Below are positions 23,401 through 38,400 of a stretch of DNA of 64,000 nucleotides, piece by piece. Below the pieces are notes generated by a model. That model saw only the letters and a list, made by a program, of their open reading frames with translations, made no database searches and had not been told where the DNA came from. The translations under genes were made by a program, and so were the position numbers. Numbering within the stretch: position 1 is the stretch's first letter; every line of letters starts with the position of its first letter. The DNA comes from Chiloscyllium plagiosum (lineage: Eukaryota). The stretch is taken from positions 89,049,770-89,113,769 of the forward strand of contig NC_057713.1 in assembly GCF_004010195.1 (NCBI RefSeq), given 5' to 3'.

Positions 23401-26400
23401 AGGCACTGGCCTGTATCTGATTTGTTGCATGTTATTATTAACAAACGGCAACTTTGTCATGGCTCAGTTTGAATGGTGGTGTTTGTTGGAGGAGGGAATT
23501 AGAGAAATCAAAGCACTTAACCTTGTGGGTTGTTACTTTTGTTCACGTGCTTTCTGGAATGTTCTAACATGAGACATTAGCCAGTATTCAACTATATAAC
23601 TGCTCAACACTTTGCTGTAATGCAGTGGTACGTTTTCAAGAGTATGTGATCATCTGTGACCTATTTCTTCTCTTCACTTTGCTTTTTGTTTATGATACAT
23701 GTTTTCTTTGTTTTAATTTGGCAGAAGGATAAAGAAAAAATCCATGAATATAAAAGACAGGTGTCAAACTTGGTAAACAAATCCAAGAAAATAGTACAGT
23801 TGAAACCACGCAATCCCCTGATTAGTGCTGATCAGCGAACTTCAAACCAAATCGTTCTCAAGGCTCTTTGTGACTACAAACAGGATCAGGTACAGTTTCT
23901 GCTGAGCATTTTCCTAAATGGCCCTGTCAGTTCAGTCAGTTTCGAAATCTTGAAAACAACCATTGCACAGTGGGATTTCTGTTTTTAAGTGATGAGGTAC
24001 TGACTAGTGGATTATATTTGTAATAAATTAAATGACAATGCTTTATTGTAACTTTGAGGAAATGTATTTGATTTACGCGGTTAACATAAGCCATTGGAAC
24101 AATACAGAGGAGGTGGTGCTGGACGTCTTAAAATGCATAAAGGTGGATAAATTCCTAGGACTTGATCAGATGTACCTTAGAACTCTATGGGAAGTTAGGG
24201 AAGTGATTTCTGGGCCCCTTGCTGAGATATTTGTATCATCGATAGTCACAGGTGAGGAGCCGGAAGACTGGAGGTTAGCTAGTGGTATCACTATTTAAGA
24301 AAGGTGGTAAGGAAAAACCAGGGAGCTATAGACCAGTGAGCCTGACATTGGTGGTGGACAAGTTGTTGAAGGGAAATCTGAAGGACAGGATTTACATGTA
24401 TTTGGAAAGGCAAGGACTGATAGGGATTGTCAACATGGCTTTGTGTGTGGGAAATCATGTCTCACTAACTTGATTTAAGTTTTTTTGAAGAAGTAACCAA
24501 GAGAATTGATGAGGGCAGAGTGGTGGATGTAATCTTTATGGACTTATGTAAGGCTTTCGATAAGGTTCTTCATGGTAGACTGGTTAGTAAGGTTAGATCT
24601 CATGGAATACAGGGAGAACTAGCCACTTGGATATAGAACTGGTTCAAAGGTAGAAGACTGAGCGGTGGTGGAGGGTTGCATTTTAGACTGGAGGTCTGTG
24701 ACTCGTGGGGTGCCACAAGGATTTGGTGTTGGGTCCACTGTCTTTCATCATTTATATGAATGATTTGGATGTATACATAAGAGATATGGTTAGTAAATTG
24801 ACAGATGACTCCAAAATTGGAGGTGTAGTGGACAGGTTACTTTAGAGTACAATGGGATCTTGATCAGATGGGCCAATGGGCCAAGGAGTGGCAGATAGAG
24901 TTTACTTTAGATAAATTTGAGGTGCTGCATTTGGAAAGGCAAATCAGAGCAGGACTTGTACACCTAATGATAAAGACCTGGGGTGTGTTGCTGAACAAAA
25001 ATACCATGAAGTGCAGGTTCATAGTTCCTTGAAAGTGGAGTCGCAGGTAGATGGGATAGTGAAGAAGGTGTTTGGTTTGCTTTCCTTTATTGGTCAGAAC
25101 ATTGAGTATTTGAGTTGGGAGGTCATGTTGTGGCTTTACAGGACATTGGTTAGGCCACTTTTGGAATATTGTGTGCAATTCTGGTCTCCTTCCTATGAAC
25201 AAATTTATAAGAATGTTGCCAGGGTTGGAGGTTTTGAGCTATAGGGAGAGGTTGAATAAGCTGGGGCTGTTTTCCCTAGATCATTGGAGGTTGAGGGGTG
25301 ACCTTTTGGAAGTTTATAAGATCATGAGCGGCATAGATAGGGTAAATAGAAAAGGTCTTTTCCCTCGGGTGTAGGGAGTCCAGAACTCTAGGGCATAGGT
25401 TTATGGTGAGAGGGGGAAAAGTTTAAAAGTGACCTAAGGGGCAAGTTTTTTATGCAAAGTGTGGATGAATTGGACCAATTGGACCCAATTTCTATGCTAT
25501 ACATCTTTATGACTCTGTGAGTCTAAATGGAAAATGTCCAGTCAAAATGAGAAATTCTTGTTGTGTAATTTTAAGCTTAAACTTGAAACTATTCAAATCT
25601 TTCCTCAATACCAGAAAAGTTCAATTTCGGTGTTATCTTTCAATTTACCTTGATTTCCTTTTTGAATTCTTTCCATATTTACTCACTTAAGTGTAAAATT
25701 AACCATGAAAATATGGTGACTTTGCAATAATCAAACAACATAATTAACCTTTTGGATGCGATAACTAAGTAACCAATGTGTGAACTGGACATAACTCAGG
25801 GAAGTTTTGTGGCTTTTTTTTCATGAAATTTTGAGGTCACATTTATACTGAAGTTAGTATCAGTTCAAGGCTGAAACTGCTCTAACTCAGGTTGGATCAA
25901 CTAGGAGAAAATGAGGACTGCAGATGCTGGAGATCAGAGCTTAAAAATGTGTTGCTGGAAAAGCGCAGCAGGTCAGGTAGCATCCAAGGAATCCTGAAGA
26001 AGGGCTTATGTCTAAAACATTGATTCTCCTTCTCCTTGAATGCTGCCTGACCTGCTGTACTTTTCCAGCAACACATTTTTAAGCTCCGGTTGGATCAAGT
26101 CCATTATGATGTTAGTGGCATATATGTTTGTTTGCTGTGCTATCAAATTGTCTAACAGTATCATTCATTTATAAATGCATTCTTTTAAGCTTTATGTTAT
26201 GTCTGTAGTTTTGTTTTTACTTTTTTTGATTACATTAATGGGGAGGTGGTGGCACAGTGGTGATGTCACTGGACTAGTGATCCAGAGTCCCAGACTAATG
26301 TTCGAGGGACATGGGTTCCAATCCAACCATGGCAGATGGTGAAATGTGAATTCAGTAAACATCTGGAATTAGAAAACTGGTCTAATCGCAACCATGTAGT

Positions 26401-29400
26401 CATTGTCCATGTGTTATAAATAGCCACCTGGTTCCCTGTAGGAAAGGTCATTACCAATCTTACCTGGGTCTACTTATACCAACATTTGAGTCTACACAGC
26501 AATATGGTTGACTATTAACTGCCTTCTGAAGTGGTCTAGCCAGCTACTCAACTCAAGAGCAATTATGTTAGCAATAAATGTTGGCCTTGCCAGCAATGTA
26601 CAATACCCATGTACGTATAAAACAAAAGTACTGTACAATTCAATATCTTATGGATTTTGAATTGCCCAGTAATTTGAATAAGCAATTGTAATTAAACTTA
26701 ATTGAAGACTATTTTTAATGCAATCTTAATTATCAAGTGATTGAAATTCAGCAATTTTGAATAGGTGAATAGACTGCATTAGACCTTTTTATGTTAGCGA
26801 TTGAATCATTTGAGATTCAAATTAAAAGTATCTCCCAGGAACCCTTTTACCAAATGTGTTTGGTATAGGTAAATCATAGACTCACTACAGTGCAGCAAGA
26901 GGCCATTTATCCCATTGAGACTGCACCAAACCACCGAAGAATAGCCTACCCATTTCCCATAACTCTTTATCTGCCATGGCAAATCCACCGAGCCTGCGCA
27001 TTCCTGGACACTTTGGATAATTTACCATGTCCAATCCATCTAATCTGCATATCTTTTTGACTGTGGGAGAAAAGTGGATCACACGGAGGAAACTACGCAG
27101 ACTTGAGAGAATGTGTAAACTCCACACAGAAGAGTGCCGAATAGTGGAATGGAATCCAGGTTGCTGGTGCTGTGTGGATGGTTTTTGTTTCCTGTGGTTT
27201 ATTGGAACCAATATGCTTAGGACTTATAAAATGTACTCCCTTGTGGATACTTTAAGGCAATGTAATTTTTAAAAATTAATTTTGTGATAATCCTAATATA
27301 GTAATTCTCTTTGATTCACAACTTTTAGAGGGTTGTTCATCGGGGAGATGAATGCATTTTATTAGACAACAGCCAACGCAGCAAGTGGAGGGTGATAGGA
27401 CCTGGGGGAATGGAAATGATGGTTCCATCGGTTTGTCTTCTCATCCCACCTCCAAATTCTGGTGCAATTGACCTTGCAAACAAGTAGGAAACTCCATCCT
27501 TGTTCCTTTATATGTCACGCTAAGTTTCAAATACAATTTTGGGTGCTTTGTTAATTATTAAATGGTGCTTTTTATGTCTTTTGAATTCAGAATTGATCAA
27601 TACTATGAAGCTATCCTTTCTCTGTGGAATCAATTGTACATTAACATGAAGAGCTTGGTGTCTTGGCAATACTGCATGATGGACGTTGAAAAGATACGCA
27701 GTTGGACCATGTCAGTGGTAAGAACTTCAAAATAAATTTTTATTCCTGAAAGTTTATTTATTTGGAGGAAGTTAATGAAAGTAAATAAGGTAATACATCA
27801 TACAAACATGGCAAAAGTGCATGTCACTCACTCTTGATTTAATGGGAGAGACTGAAGTTCCACATTAGTTGTGTATGGTACCCCTACTGGAGGGGGAAGC
27901 ACCTTTTTCCTAGGGGAAGGAAAGACTAGAAATAGTTATGGATTTGGCTGCGATAATAAAAGGCAAATAATGATAATAATATTAATAATAGGCATACTGT
28001 CAGCACTTGCCATCATTATTGCAGTGAAGCTGGCAGCACCTTCAGGAATCCGAATGAACACAAGGTAAATGCAGAAGTTCAGAGGTTGCAGTTGGGTCAT
28101 CCACATTTACATGGTGCACTATAAAAGTTCCTGGGGCTGCAATCATGATTTGGTGAAAACGTCCACATTTATGCGATTAATCCTACTGTAAAAGTTAGCA
28201 CATTGTGAAACGGGATGTATCTGAATTTTTAGCAATGTGCTAACTTTAAAAAAATACTGATTTGTTATAAAATCCACTTTATAAATACTAACTTTATAAA
28301 AACCACTTTTTAAATGTACTCTTACTACACTGAAAAGCTTACTCTGTTTTTGTGGGACTTTAGATTTATTATCCTGGTAGCAAAAACATATTCTTTAAAA
28401 ATTCTGTCTTTATTTAACCTGTTATCTTAATACAGTCAATTCTACAATTGAACTTTGTTCTCTGAAAATTTAGATAAATAGTAAAGTATTTTAAGTGCTT
28501 TTAACTTCCTNNNNNNNNNNNNNNNNNNNNNNNNNNNNNNNNNNNNNNNNNNNNNNNNNNNNNNNNNNNNNNNNNNNNNNNNNNNNNNNNNNNNNNNNNN
28601 NNNNNNNNNNNNNNNNNNNNNNNNNNNNNNNNNNNNNNNNNNNNNNNNNNNNNNNNNNNNNNNNNNNNNNNNNNNNNNNNNNNNNNNNNNNNNNNNNNNN
28701 NNNNNNNNNNNNNNNNNNNNNNNNNNNNNNNNNNNNNNNNNNNNNNNNNNNNNNNNNNNNNNNNNNNNNNNNNNNNNNNNNNNNNNNNNNNNNNNNNNNN
28801 NNNNNNNNNNNNNNNNNNNNNNNNNNNNNNNNNNNNNNNNNNNNNNNNNNNNNNNNNNNNNNNNNNNNNNNNNNNNNNNNNNNNNNNNNNNNNNNNNNNN
28901 NNNNNNNNNNNNNNNNNNNNNNNNNNNNNNNNNNNNNNNNNNNNNNNNNNNNNNNNNNNNNNNNNNNNNNNNNNNNNNNNNNNNNNNNNNNNNNNNNNNN
29001 NNNNNNNNNNGCCTGACTGGTGATGACGTCTCTGCTGCATGTGAAGATATACCCTTTGACTTAGCACCAGATTCCCACCACAAGAATTCCTAGATCTTTT
29101 GATGTAGCTTTCTTTTGAAGTCAGTGTACAGTACCCTTCCTTTGCCATTGACAATAAGATCCATGCTAATGATCTGTTAGGCTGCAGTGAATCACCTGCC
29201 TCTGTTAGTTTATGGATTTATCTGTAGTGTCAAAAGACCATGTATTCTCTCCATTGTGTGATTGCTCTTAAAATATTTGTGTAAGTAATTTTAAAAAATT
29301 GGAAGATGAGATGGAAATGAAAATGCACAACCTGTTTATTCAACATTTGCAGCTTATGAGAACATTTTTGATCTCATCTCGTGAAGAGCCTGCCTGTTTT

Positions 29401-32400
29401 AGGAATGCATATCAGAAATTTGAGATTATGTTACTCCTGATTTTCCAATCTTTATACCATAAATAGTGAGGAGCTCATCTACAGCTCTCCCCACCGAAAA
29501 GCTGATGTGAATTGCTAGGGTAATTAAATCAAAAAACTTTCTCTTGCAATTAATATCCCTGTTTTGTGTTTTTTCAGTTACGGACAATGTCTCGTGAGGA
29601 TTATGAGCTTGTCATTAAAAATCTGGAAAAGAACTTTCAAACTTTCCAGATGTACAGCAAAACTTCAGAATATTTCACTGATGCAGATAAGAGAAAACTA
29701 GAATCTGATTTTGGCTCAAGCAAGACGCACTACGTAAACTTGGTGACTGTTTTGGAGGAAGAAAGAAAAAATGATCGTGGTTTGTAACATTCACTGTGAT
29801 GCCTTTATATTTCTTTAATGTCCTGTATAATTTCAAAGATGAAAGATAACTCTCCACCATAATCAATTTTAAGAGTATTTTAGTTGCTTGCAAGATCAAC
29901 GAGCCATAAGCAAACAGAAATTTAAATTGCTTCAGAAACTCAGCAAGTTTGGTAGTATCTGTGGAGAGAAACTAGCATTAATGTTTCAATTCTAGTTCTG
30001 CAGAAAGGTCAGGAATTCTTTATTTTATTTTAGCCTCATATTGAAATTCAAAACATTTCTTGCCTCCCAGGTTTTCTGTCACTTTTGTCCCATGTCCCCC
30101 ACCATCTAGAGAAAGAAGAAATGTCATGTCATGACATCAAGATTAACTTATTAAAACAGTTTAGTAACTACCTGATTAAGAATGGAATTAAAAGAATTTA
30201 AGATAAGAATAGTTCAGTTAATCTATTACCATATGTAGCAGGGTGCTGCTATATTGATGGAATTGTATGAACCTCATTTAACAAAAAGAGTGGGAAAGGT
30301 TTGCACAGTTTGCAAGATTGCATTAAGTATTTCAGAATTGTTTGCATTTTGAGGGATTGGTGTGTTAAGAAAATAAATTTTGTTTTCTCTCTGGACATTT
30401 GAATTCTTTTGTGAATGGTCATTTGCTTGATGAGACTGGCTATGAGGCAATGTTTGTGTGTTCTGTGAAGATATTGGCCTTCCTAGTTATTACTTTTTCT
30501 AATACCAATCTTTTATATTGTCTTGAAATACAGGACCAGTAATAATTCAAGCTGTTGCAGCACCACCGCAATTAGCACCACCAAAGGTTGACGTGAATTT
30601 CCAACAGGAGCTCCAAAAGATACGTCGTCGTTTGGAACAGAATGAGTATAAAATGATGCAAAAAATACATCTCCTCATTGATGCTGATGCACACATGGAC
30701 TTTGCACAAAGGATGTCTGAGTTAGAGGTGAGTGTGAAGAATCAGAAACCTGTGTACTCCTTCATGATTTATGCTGTATTCACACTTTACTGTTCCTGTG
30801 CCCTCCATCCAATTATCTACCACGGGCAGATTTCAGCACCATGCTGAGATACTCATACAATATGCACCATGGCCTGACGTCTGGCCTGTTGTGAGATGAA
30901 ACAAAATGAAGTTCTTTAGCATCTTTGGTGACTTTGTTATGTTTTATTCAAAAGGCTGCATTTTGAGTTCTTCAACAATATAATGTGTGATTAAAACAAA
31001 GACTTGGATTCATAGCCCAGATTAAAGAAATTATAATCATTTGGACCTGACAGGTATCTCATTATAAGAATGACAAGGTGTAAAATCAGTGCTGGAGACA
31101 AACCCTATAATAATGCCCTTGGACTTGAGTTAAAAGACAGAAGAAACTATCAGCATTGCTTTTTTTTTTCTTGAAACTGTAGACTGTTTCCTCAAACATT
31201 TAATTGCCAAGTGTTTTAAATGCCTTGATAGCTTGACAGTTCCAAGTGTTTATCCACTTTTTAGCAGCTGTCATGTTCACTGTTAACAATCCCGGAGTTC
31301 ATCTACTCTCTTCCAAAGGGATATTATTGTTTCAAATGGTGTCCCTGTACTTATCCAAAAAGCTTCCCCTATCCCTCAAACAAATCATGCAGCTTTAATT
31401 TTTTCCTACTGAAGTGTCAAGTCCATAAGTCATGTTTAGCTTGGCATCACACCGATAAAAATTGGGTGTTTCCCAGGAACTGCACTTCAACATGTGCACG
31501 TTTAATCTCCATGAGCCATGGATGTGAAAACTAGAACAAGCCTTCCCCCAACTTGACTCTAATTTGTGCTGATGATAAATTGGCTGACAGCAGGCTCTTG
31601 GCTCTGGGCAAATGCAGCTTACTCAGAAGATTACAGTATTGAGGAGCCTTCCAATGATGCTTCAAGAGGACAAACTGTTTTCATACTGGATTCACAAAAG
31701 CTGCTGTAGAAACAGAACGTATGAGCTGAGCAACTGATTGTTTCACAAACCTTAGCCCCAATTCCAACTGAAATCCAAAATGCAAAAGCACAGTTCAATT
31801 AGTACTGCCCAAAAAAAACCCAGCTGTAAAAACAGTCAGGTGTTTTTCCTGAAGTGAGTTCAAGCAACCAAGGCAGTAATTATCTGAATGTAGGTTCTAA
31901 GAAATGTTTTGTTTAATAACGAAGTTCCAATGTATTTTTTTGATTTTTTTTTAAAGTTCCAATATGTCTGTGCAATTCTTCAAACTCAAGCTCCCCAAAA
32001 AGGATAAAGTGTGAATCCATCATAACACTGAATAGACTGCATATGGGAACGTTGGACAGTCATGAAGGCTACATGTTTTTTTCTTTCAATTAAATACCAA
32101 GAACAGAAAGCAAGCAATTCCTATGCACATGACATTTGTCCTGTCCTGCCTAATTTTCATTTGTTTGCTCTTCCCAATGTGCCATTTGTATCTGAACAGA
32201 ACAGAACATCTGCTACTCTAGCTTTTGTCATTAAGATAGTCTTTTCACCTCTCAACTCAATGCAAATTAAATAGAATGAGGCCTTCCTTTTTCTGCAAGG
32301 AGCAGAGGTCAGCAATGTTAAATGATTTTGGTCAGTCTTAAGCAAAGCCTTCTGGATGTAGGCCATCAACAATGTAAAACCATCTTTATTAAACACTAGC

Positions 32401-35400
32401 CTTCCGTCTTGAAATGAGAACTAGAAGTACAATGTTATTTCCAAAAAGGAACTAATTTTAGATTAGTCCTAAGATGTGGAGTAGCAGATTAGAGGAGCTT
32501 TGTAATTGAAATGGCTACATTCTCCCAGTAGCAGTCAATTTAAATTTTGATTATTCAATTATTGGGCTCCCTTAATGAGTTTTTTGAATCTGATTTTATT
32601 GGAGGTGTTAATTTTAAATAGGTTAAATCTTGAGGTCCTCAATATTGCTTATTATTCTAACAGCTAACTGATACTCAGCTTTAAATTTAATGAATACAAA
32701 ATCACAGGCTTGGAGTAGAGAAATTCTGATATTTAGCTACCGTTCCAAAGTGGATGATTTTCCAACTAATTTGAAGGTAGGTGTAAAATAAGAATATACT
32801 TTGTTAGACACTGTTAGCAACATTGATCATGATGGGTACAAAATTGACAAAATTAAACTTGTTCTGTGTTCCTTCTGAATAAGAAGAAACAGAATAAAAT
32901 TGGGTATTAACATAAAAATGAAGTAACAGACCTTTGCTGGTTGCTTGGTCTTTGTGCACTACCTTTTGGAAGTAGTCTAAAAGCCTGATACAATCACTAA
33001 CTTCAAAAGCTGTTCTGAATTTTTGCAGAATATGTTGCATTTAACTTCAGATTCAGATAAAATGAACATTGAATTTTTGTCTGTGTTCTAATTTTTATTT
33101 TCACTTTTGACTTGTACAGCTTGCACAAGATGAGTTGAATACAATTGATGATGACTTTGTCAGCCTACAGAAAATGTGGTATAACTCGCCCAATGCATCA
33201 AGTGAGTCAAGAGGATATTTTGAAACAGAATTTGGTCTGATAGGCCAGAGACTGAAGAATGGCAGTGATTTTTCATCTGCCTATTTAGAGAGGTGAGTGA
33301 AGGAAGTGTTAACCATGTTTTATAACATTTTAAGTAATGTGAATATAACTACAACAGACCGAGTATGTGTTCATATAATATAATAAACAAATGTATTTCA
33401 TGGTGGCATAATTGTCAAAAATACATTTCTTTCTTTTGCTTAAATCTTTTGTCTAGTGTAGGTTTCTGCGATTGGAATCATTTTCCAATCAATGGTGTCA
33501 AGCAGCTCCAAATGTAAAATCTGATAACAATCAGATAACAACCCTAAATAGGCTGCACTTCACATTCACCAGAGCAGATCTGTGTGATCACTTACTGGGA
33601 GCCCCATGGTGAGAATGTCAATTACTTTAAAGCAATGTTCCTTTCCTGTGTTGGCTGTCTTGACACCAAGCATTAGCTAACAGTCACTGGAGTGCACACT
33701 GTATAAAATAGTCACAGCAGTAAAAAGACATTAGAAAACTAGATCAAACAGATTTGCTTAAAGTTACGATATTTTTAAAATGTAACCTTTGAAACCACAT
33801 GTCTATTTTTCAAAATTACAATATTTTGATCAAGAACCTGATCAATCATGCTAAAAGCTTGGATTTAATTTAAAAACAAAATTTCAGAAACTTTCAACCT
33901 GAAGATTCAATCCATTGATTTTTTTTAACATGGCCTTTATGGATTGGCAGAGGAAGCCTCTTTTGCTCAGAAATACTGGGCTAACATTTTAAAGCATAAT
34001 AATTTCATATTTAATAGACTTTTAACCTAAAATCATTGTGGATTCTTGCTTGCTATTTGAAGAAGTGAACCCTTGGAAGTAAAGCTGGAGCTCATACACC
34101 ACAGTGTGCATCAAAAAGTTGCAAGACCCTTGCTGACATCCAACAACAGAGCACTCCATGCATCGTTGTTATTGGTAACAGAAAATCGAATCCTGCAGTT
34201 GCTTGTTTTGACCTCTTAGAAAACATCTGAGACAGTGCTTGAGTCAGTGGGGTGCATCAGTGCTCAGTAAGCAGGATCCAGAGATCTATGGTCTGCTGTG
34301 TGGGGCAGGACCCACTATGCCTATTTTGGATATTTAGGCCCCAAGCCACAGCTGCACCAGGGGTTCTGATTTTCATCTCTGATCCTGGTAAGAATAATGT
34401 TGGAATGTTTTTCTCAGTCATTGTTAATTGCTTGTTGTTATATTTTTGCATGATAGCACTAATTTATGGTGGCACGGTGGCTCAGTGGTTAGCACTGCTG
34501 CCTCACTGCACCAGGGACCGGAATTTGATTCCTGTCTCGGGCGACTGTCTGTCTGTGTGGAGTTTGCACATTCTTCCTGTGTCTGCGTAGGTTTCCTCCC
34601 ACAGTCCAAAGATGTGCAGGTTAGGTGAATTGGCCATGCTAAATTGCCCATATTGTTAGGTGCATTAGTCAGGGATAAATATAGGGACGGGGAATGGGAG
34701 TGGGTGGGTTACTCTTTGGAGGGTCAGTGTAGACTTGTTGGGCCGAAGGGTCTGTTTCCATACTGTAGGGAATCTAATCTAATTGCATTGATTTATTTTT
34801 AGAATGAAGGCCTTGAAGTTACTCTTCCAAAATATTCTTGAGGCAGAAGATGTGATAAAAGTTTATGAAGCGAGATTAACTGAGGAGGAAACCGTCCCGA
34901 TGAGTTTGGATAAAATAGAGTCATACAGAAACAATCTGAAGGTAAACCGAATCTTATCAAAACTGCTTATGTTACTTTCAGTTCTCTTCCAGAAGACATT
35001 AGAAGTAGTTTTCTGCTTCTTCAAGTGGTTGATTCATTTGCTGGAGTGAGTTGTCTAATGATTGTGGAACTTGCCTATTTTATTCACTGTGATTTCTAAA
35101 AAGACAATGTAATCTACTATGAGAAATTATCACTGAGGTACATCTCAGTAGACAAGCATATCCCCTGCAATACAAGGTGATCATTTTTGGAATGAAAGTC
35201 TTAATATTGAGTGTACAGTTTTTTTAAGCTATGCAGAGGGTTCCACCCAAGATTGAACCTATACTCACTGAACAGAGGTAAATATTCTGATAGTGGTCAG
35301 TGGATCAACAACAGGCTAATGTTTGTTAAGAATATGAATTTTGCAGTATTACATATATGGACTGCAGTTTATAACTTTACTCCAAAATGCATTTAACATA

Positions 35401-38400
35401 CAGTCAAGTCTTGAGGATTGTTGCCGAATAAAGAAACCCTGGGTTGCAGGTTCATAGTTGTTTGAAAGTGGAGTCATAGGTGGGCCGGGTAGTGAAAAAG
35501 GTGTTTGATACACTTGCCTTTATTGGTCAGGGCATTGAGTACAAGAGTTGGGATGTCATTTTGCGGTTGTACAGGTTTTTGGTTAGGCCACTTTTAAAAT
35601 ACTGCATTCAATTCTGGGCTCCCTGCTACAGGAAAGATGTTGTTAAACTTGAAAGGGTGCAGAAAAGATTTGCAAAGAATTTGCCAGGTTTAAAGGGTTT
35701 GAGCTATAGGGAGTGGATGAATAGGCGGAGGCTTTTTTCCTTGGAGCGTCAGAGGCTGAAGGGTGACCTTATGGAGGTTTATAAAATTATGAGAGTCATG
35801 GATACAGTGAATAGGCAAGGTCTTTTTCCCAAGGTAGGTGAGTCCAAAACTAGAGGGTATAGGTTAGGGTGAGAGGGAAAGATATAAAAGGGACCTAAGG
35901 GGCAACTTCTCAGGCAGAGGGTGGTGCGTGTATGGAATGACCTGCCAGAGGAAGCGATGGAGGCAGGTTCAATTACAAATCTAAAAAGCATCTGGATGGG
36001 TACATAAATAGGATGGGTTTAGAGGGATATGGGCTAAATGCTGGTGAATGGGACTAGATTATTTTAGGATATCTGGTTGGCATACATGAGTTGAACTTAA
36101 GGGTCTGTTTCTGTGCTGTGCATCTCTATGACTCTAAGTCATTGAAGGTTTAGTAAATTAACCAACATACTTGGGCTAATGATGCGATTATATAAGATGC
36201 AGTCATAGAAGATGCGCGTTTTACAGTCAACCCTCCAGATGCAGATCTGGTTGATCTCTCAATCTTTCATTACAATGATTTTGCTTTAATGCTCAGCTGA
36301 CCAGTCTCCACATAACCTCCTCCATGACATTTAGCCTTGCTCTTGCTAGGTACTGTTAATACAAATACCAAAAATCAAAGGCTCTACAGTGTAGGTTTCG
36401 ATATAAGTAACAATATAAGCTATTTTATCTATTCCTTTCCACAGAAAAGAATAAGCATATGGTTCTTAACCTGTCCAATGCTGTTTTACCCATTGCTTAC
36501 AGATTTATTGGTATCTTACAGATATTGTATGTCAGTTGCATTTGAAAGGTTTTCTCAGTTGTAAGGTTTCAAATACAGGACTAACAATGGAAGCAGTGTG
36601 GCAATCTTTTAGCATAAAATGGATTTCTTAATTGTTTATCAATATTAATCTGTAACAAATTTCAAATCCCCCTCAGTTTAATTATTTCAAGAGCTTTGCT
36701 GACCTTGGAATTCAGCATAGAACATAAATGACCCAAATATGTATTGAGACTATATCTTAACATAATAAAATATTCAGTTGGGACAGTAAAGGATTTAGTA
36801 TTTCTATTTCAAAAGAACAAATTGTTAGCTTCTGAGGTCGTTATTATATTTTCATAACATTCTCATGTTACCCAATCCTCTAAATATGCCACCTCATGCT
36901 CAATTAAAATTCCATGGATGTTGCCATCTCTGATGACTTGACACAATGGCCATTCATACACTGTCAAAATCTGTGTTGGTTGGTCATTTCATTGAGACAG
37001 CTGATGCAGCCAAGCCTAATCTTTCATGCACTTGTTCACTTGCTATAGCTTGCAATTGCAACTCATTGAAATGTCAGTTTCGTTTCCTACCTTTCTCTAG
37101 CCTGGTGATCAAGGGGTTTTCCAATGCCATTAGCATTCTGTCTCTCTCATCCAATCTCAGCACCCCTTTTTTAAGTTGGTGAGTTTCTCATTGATCTCTG
37201 ACAAAATACAATTTCCATTAAACATTTAATTCTCTTTTGTTTGGGATCTCTTTATTTAGTTGCAAATGTATGCTTTTTTTTTGGATAAAAAAGATTGTAA
37301 ACCTTCCTACCAAAGCATCCTGAAACCTAGCAGAAAGTTTTGCTATCATTGTTTTTTTTTAATACATATTTTTCTTCAGATTTTTCAACAGCCTTGAAAG
37401 AAGTGACATAGTTAACATGTATTTTTATAAGATATCAGCAGGCGGTAAACACAAGAGAAATATTCATATATTTGATATAGTAGGATCATTCTCAGGATGT
37501 TAGTTGTAAGGCATAGGATACTGCACAGATCAGTGCTGATCCATAACTATTCACAATCTATATTAATAAATTGGATGTGAATACAATTCTCATATGTCTA
37601 ACTTTGCTGATTTCAAAAAAAACTATGTGGAAGTGGAGGTTGGGAAGAAGATGCAAGGAGGCTTCAAGCAAATTTGGATATCGGCTCAGTGAATGGGCTA
37701 GAACATGGCAGGTGGAATATAATGTGAAGAAATTATCCACTTTGTCAGAAAAATTCAGACATGATATTTCATAAATACTGAGTGGCTGGAAAGTGGTGGT
37801 ACAACAGGACGTGAATGTTCTACTCCGTAAGTCACTAAAAATTAGCACGCAGGTGCAATAATCAATACGAAAGGCAAATCATTGCAAGGTGATTTGAGTA
37901 CAGAAGTAAAGATGCCTTTAGCAGTTGTATAGAGCCTTGGTGAGACCACATCTGGAGTATTGTATTTGCAGTCTTTATCTAAGAAAGGATATACTCACTA
38001 TACGTGTGCAACATATGTACAACATACTCATCCCTGGGATGATGGCATTGTTTTATGAGAAGAGATTATGGAAACTGAGCTTGTATTCTCTGGAACTTTG
38101 AAGAATAAGAGATTTAAACTTACAAAATTCTTACAAGGAATGACAAGGTAACCATTGGTAGAGCAGTTTGCCAGCAAGGGAGTCTATAACCAGGGGACAT
38201 AATCTCAGAAAGAAGGATAGGTCATTTAAAACTGAGATGGAAAGAATCTCTTCACCCAGGGGGTGGTGATTTGTTGGAATCTCCGACCTCAGAGAATGAG
38301 AGAAAACAAAAATTGATAAATTTCTGAAGAATATCGTTGCATCTTTTGATGTGTTTCGTATGGGTATGCGGCAATCTAATTGAATGTTAATGCAGGCTCG

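Noticed and set aside
23722-23727. NAGNAG acceptors (cagaag here, tagaag at 43591)
   Set aside because: The distal AAG is a weak acceptor and would change only one Lys; no evidence of use.
27871-28068. 65-aa ORF with a hydrophobic, TM-like stretch (IMIIILIIGILSALAIII)
   Set aside because: Arises from (ATA/ATT)-rich low-complexity intron sequence, has a GTG start and no homology; DSP exons 13 and 14 join without it.
28442-29154. Three long ORFs (173-217 aa) in the ORF track
   Set aside because: They are runs of X across the 500-N gap.
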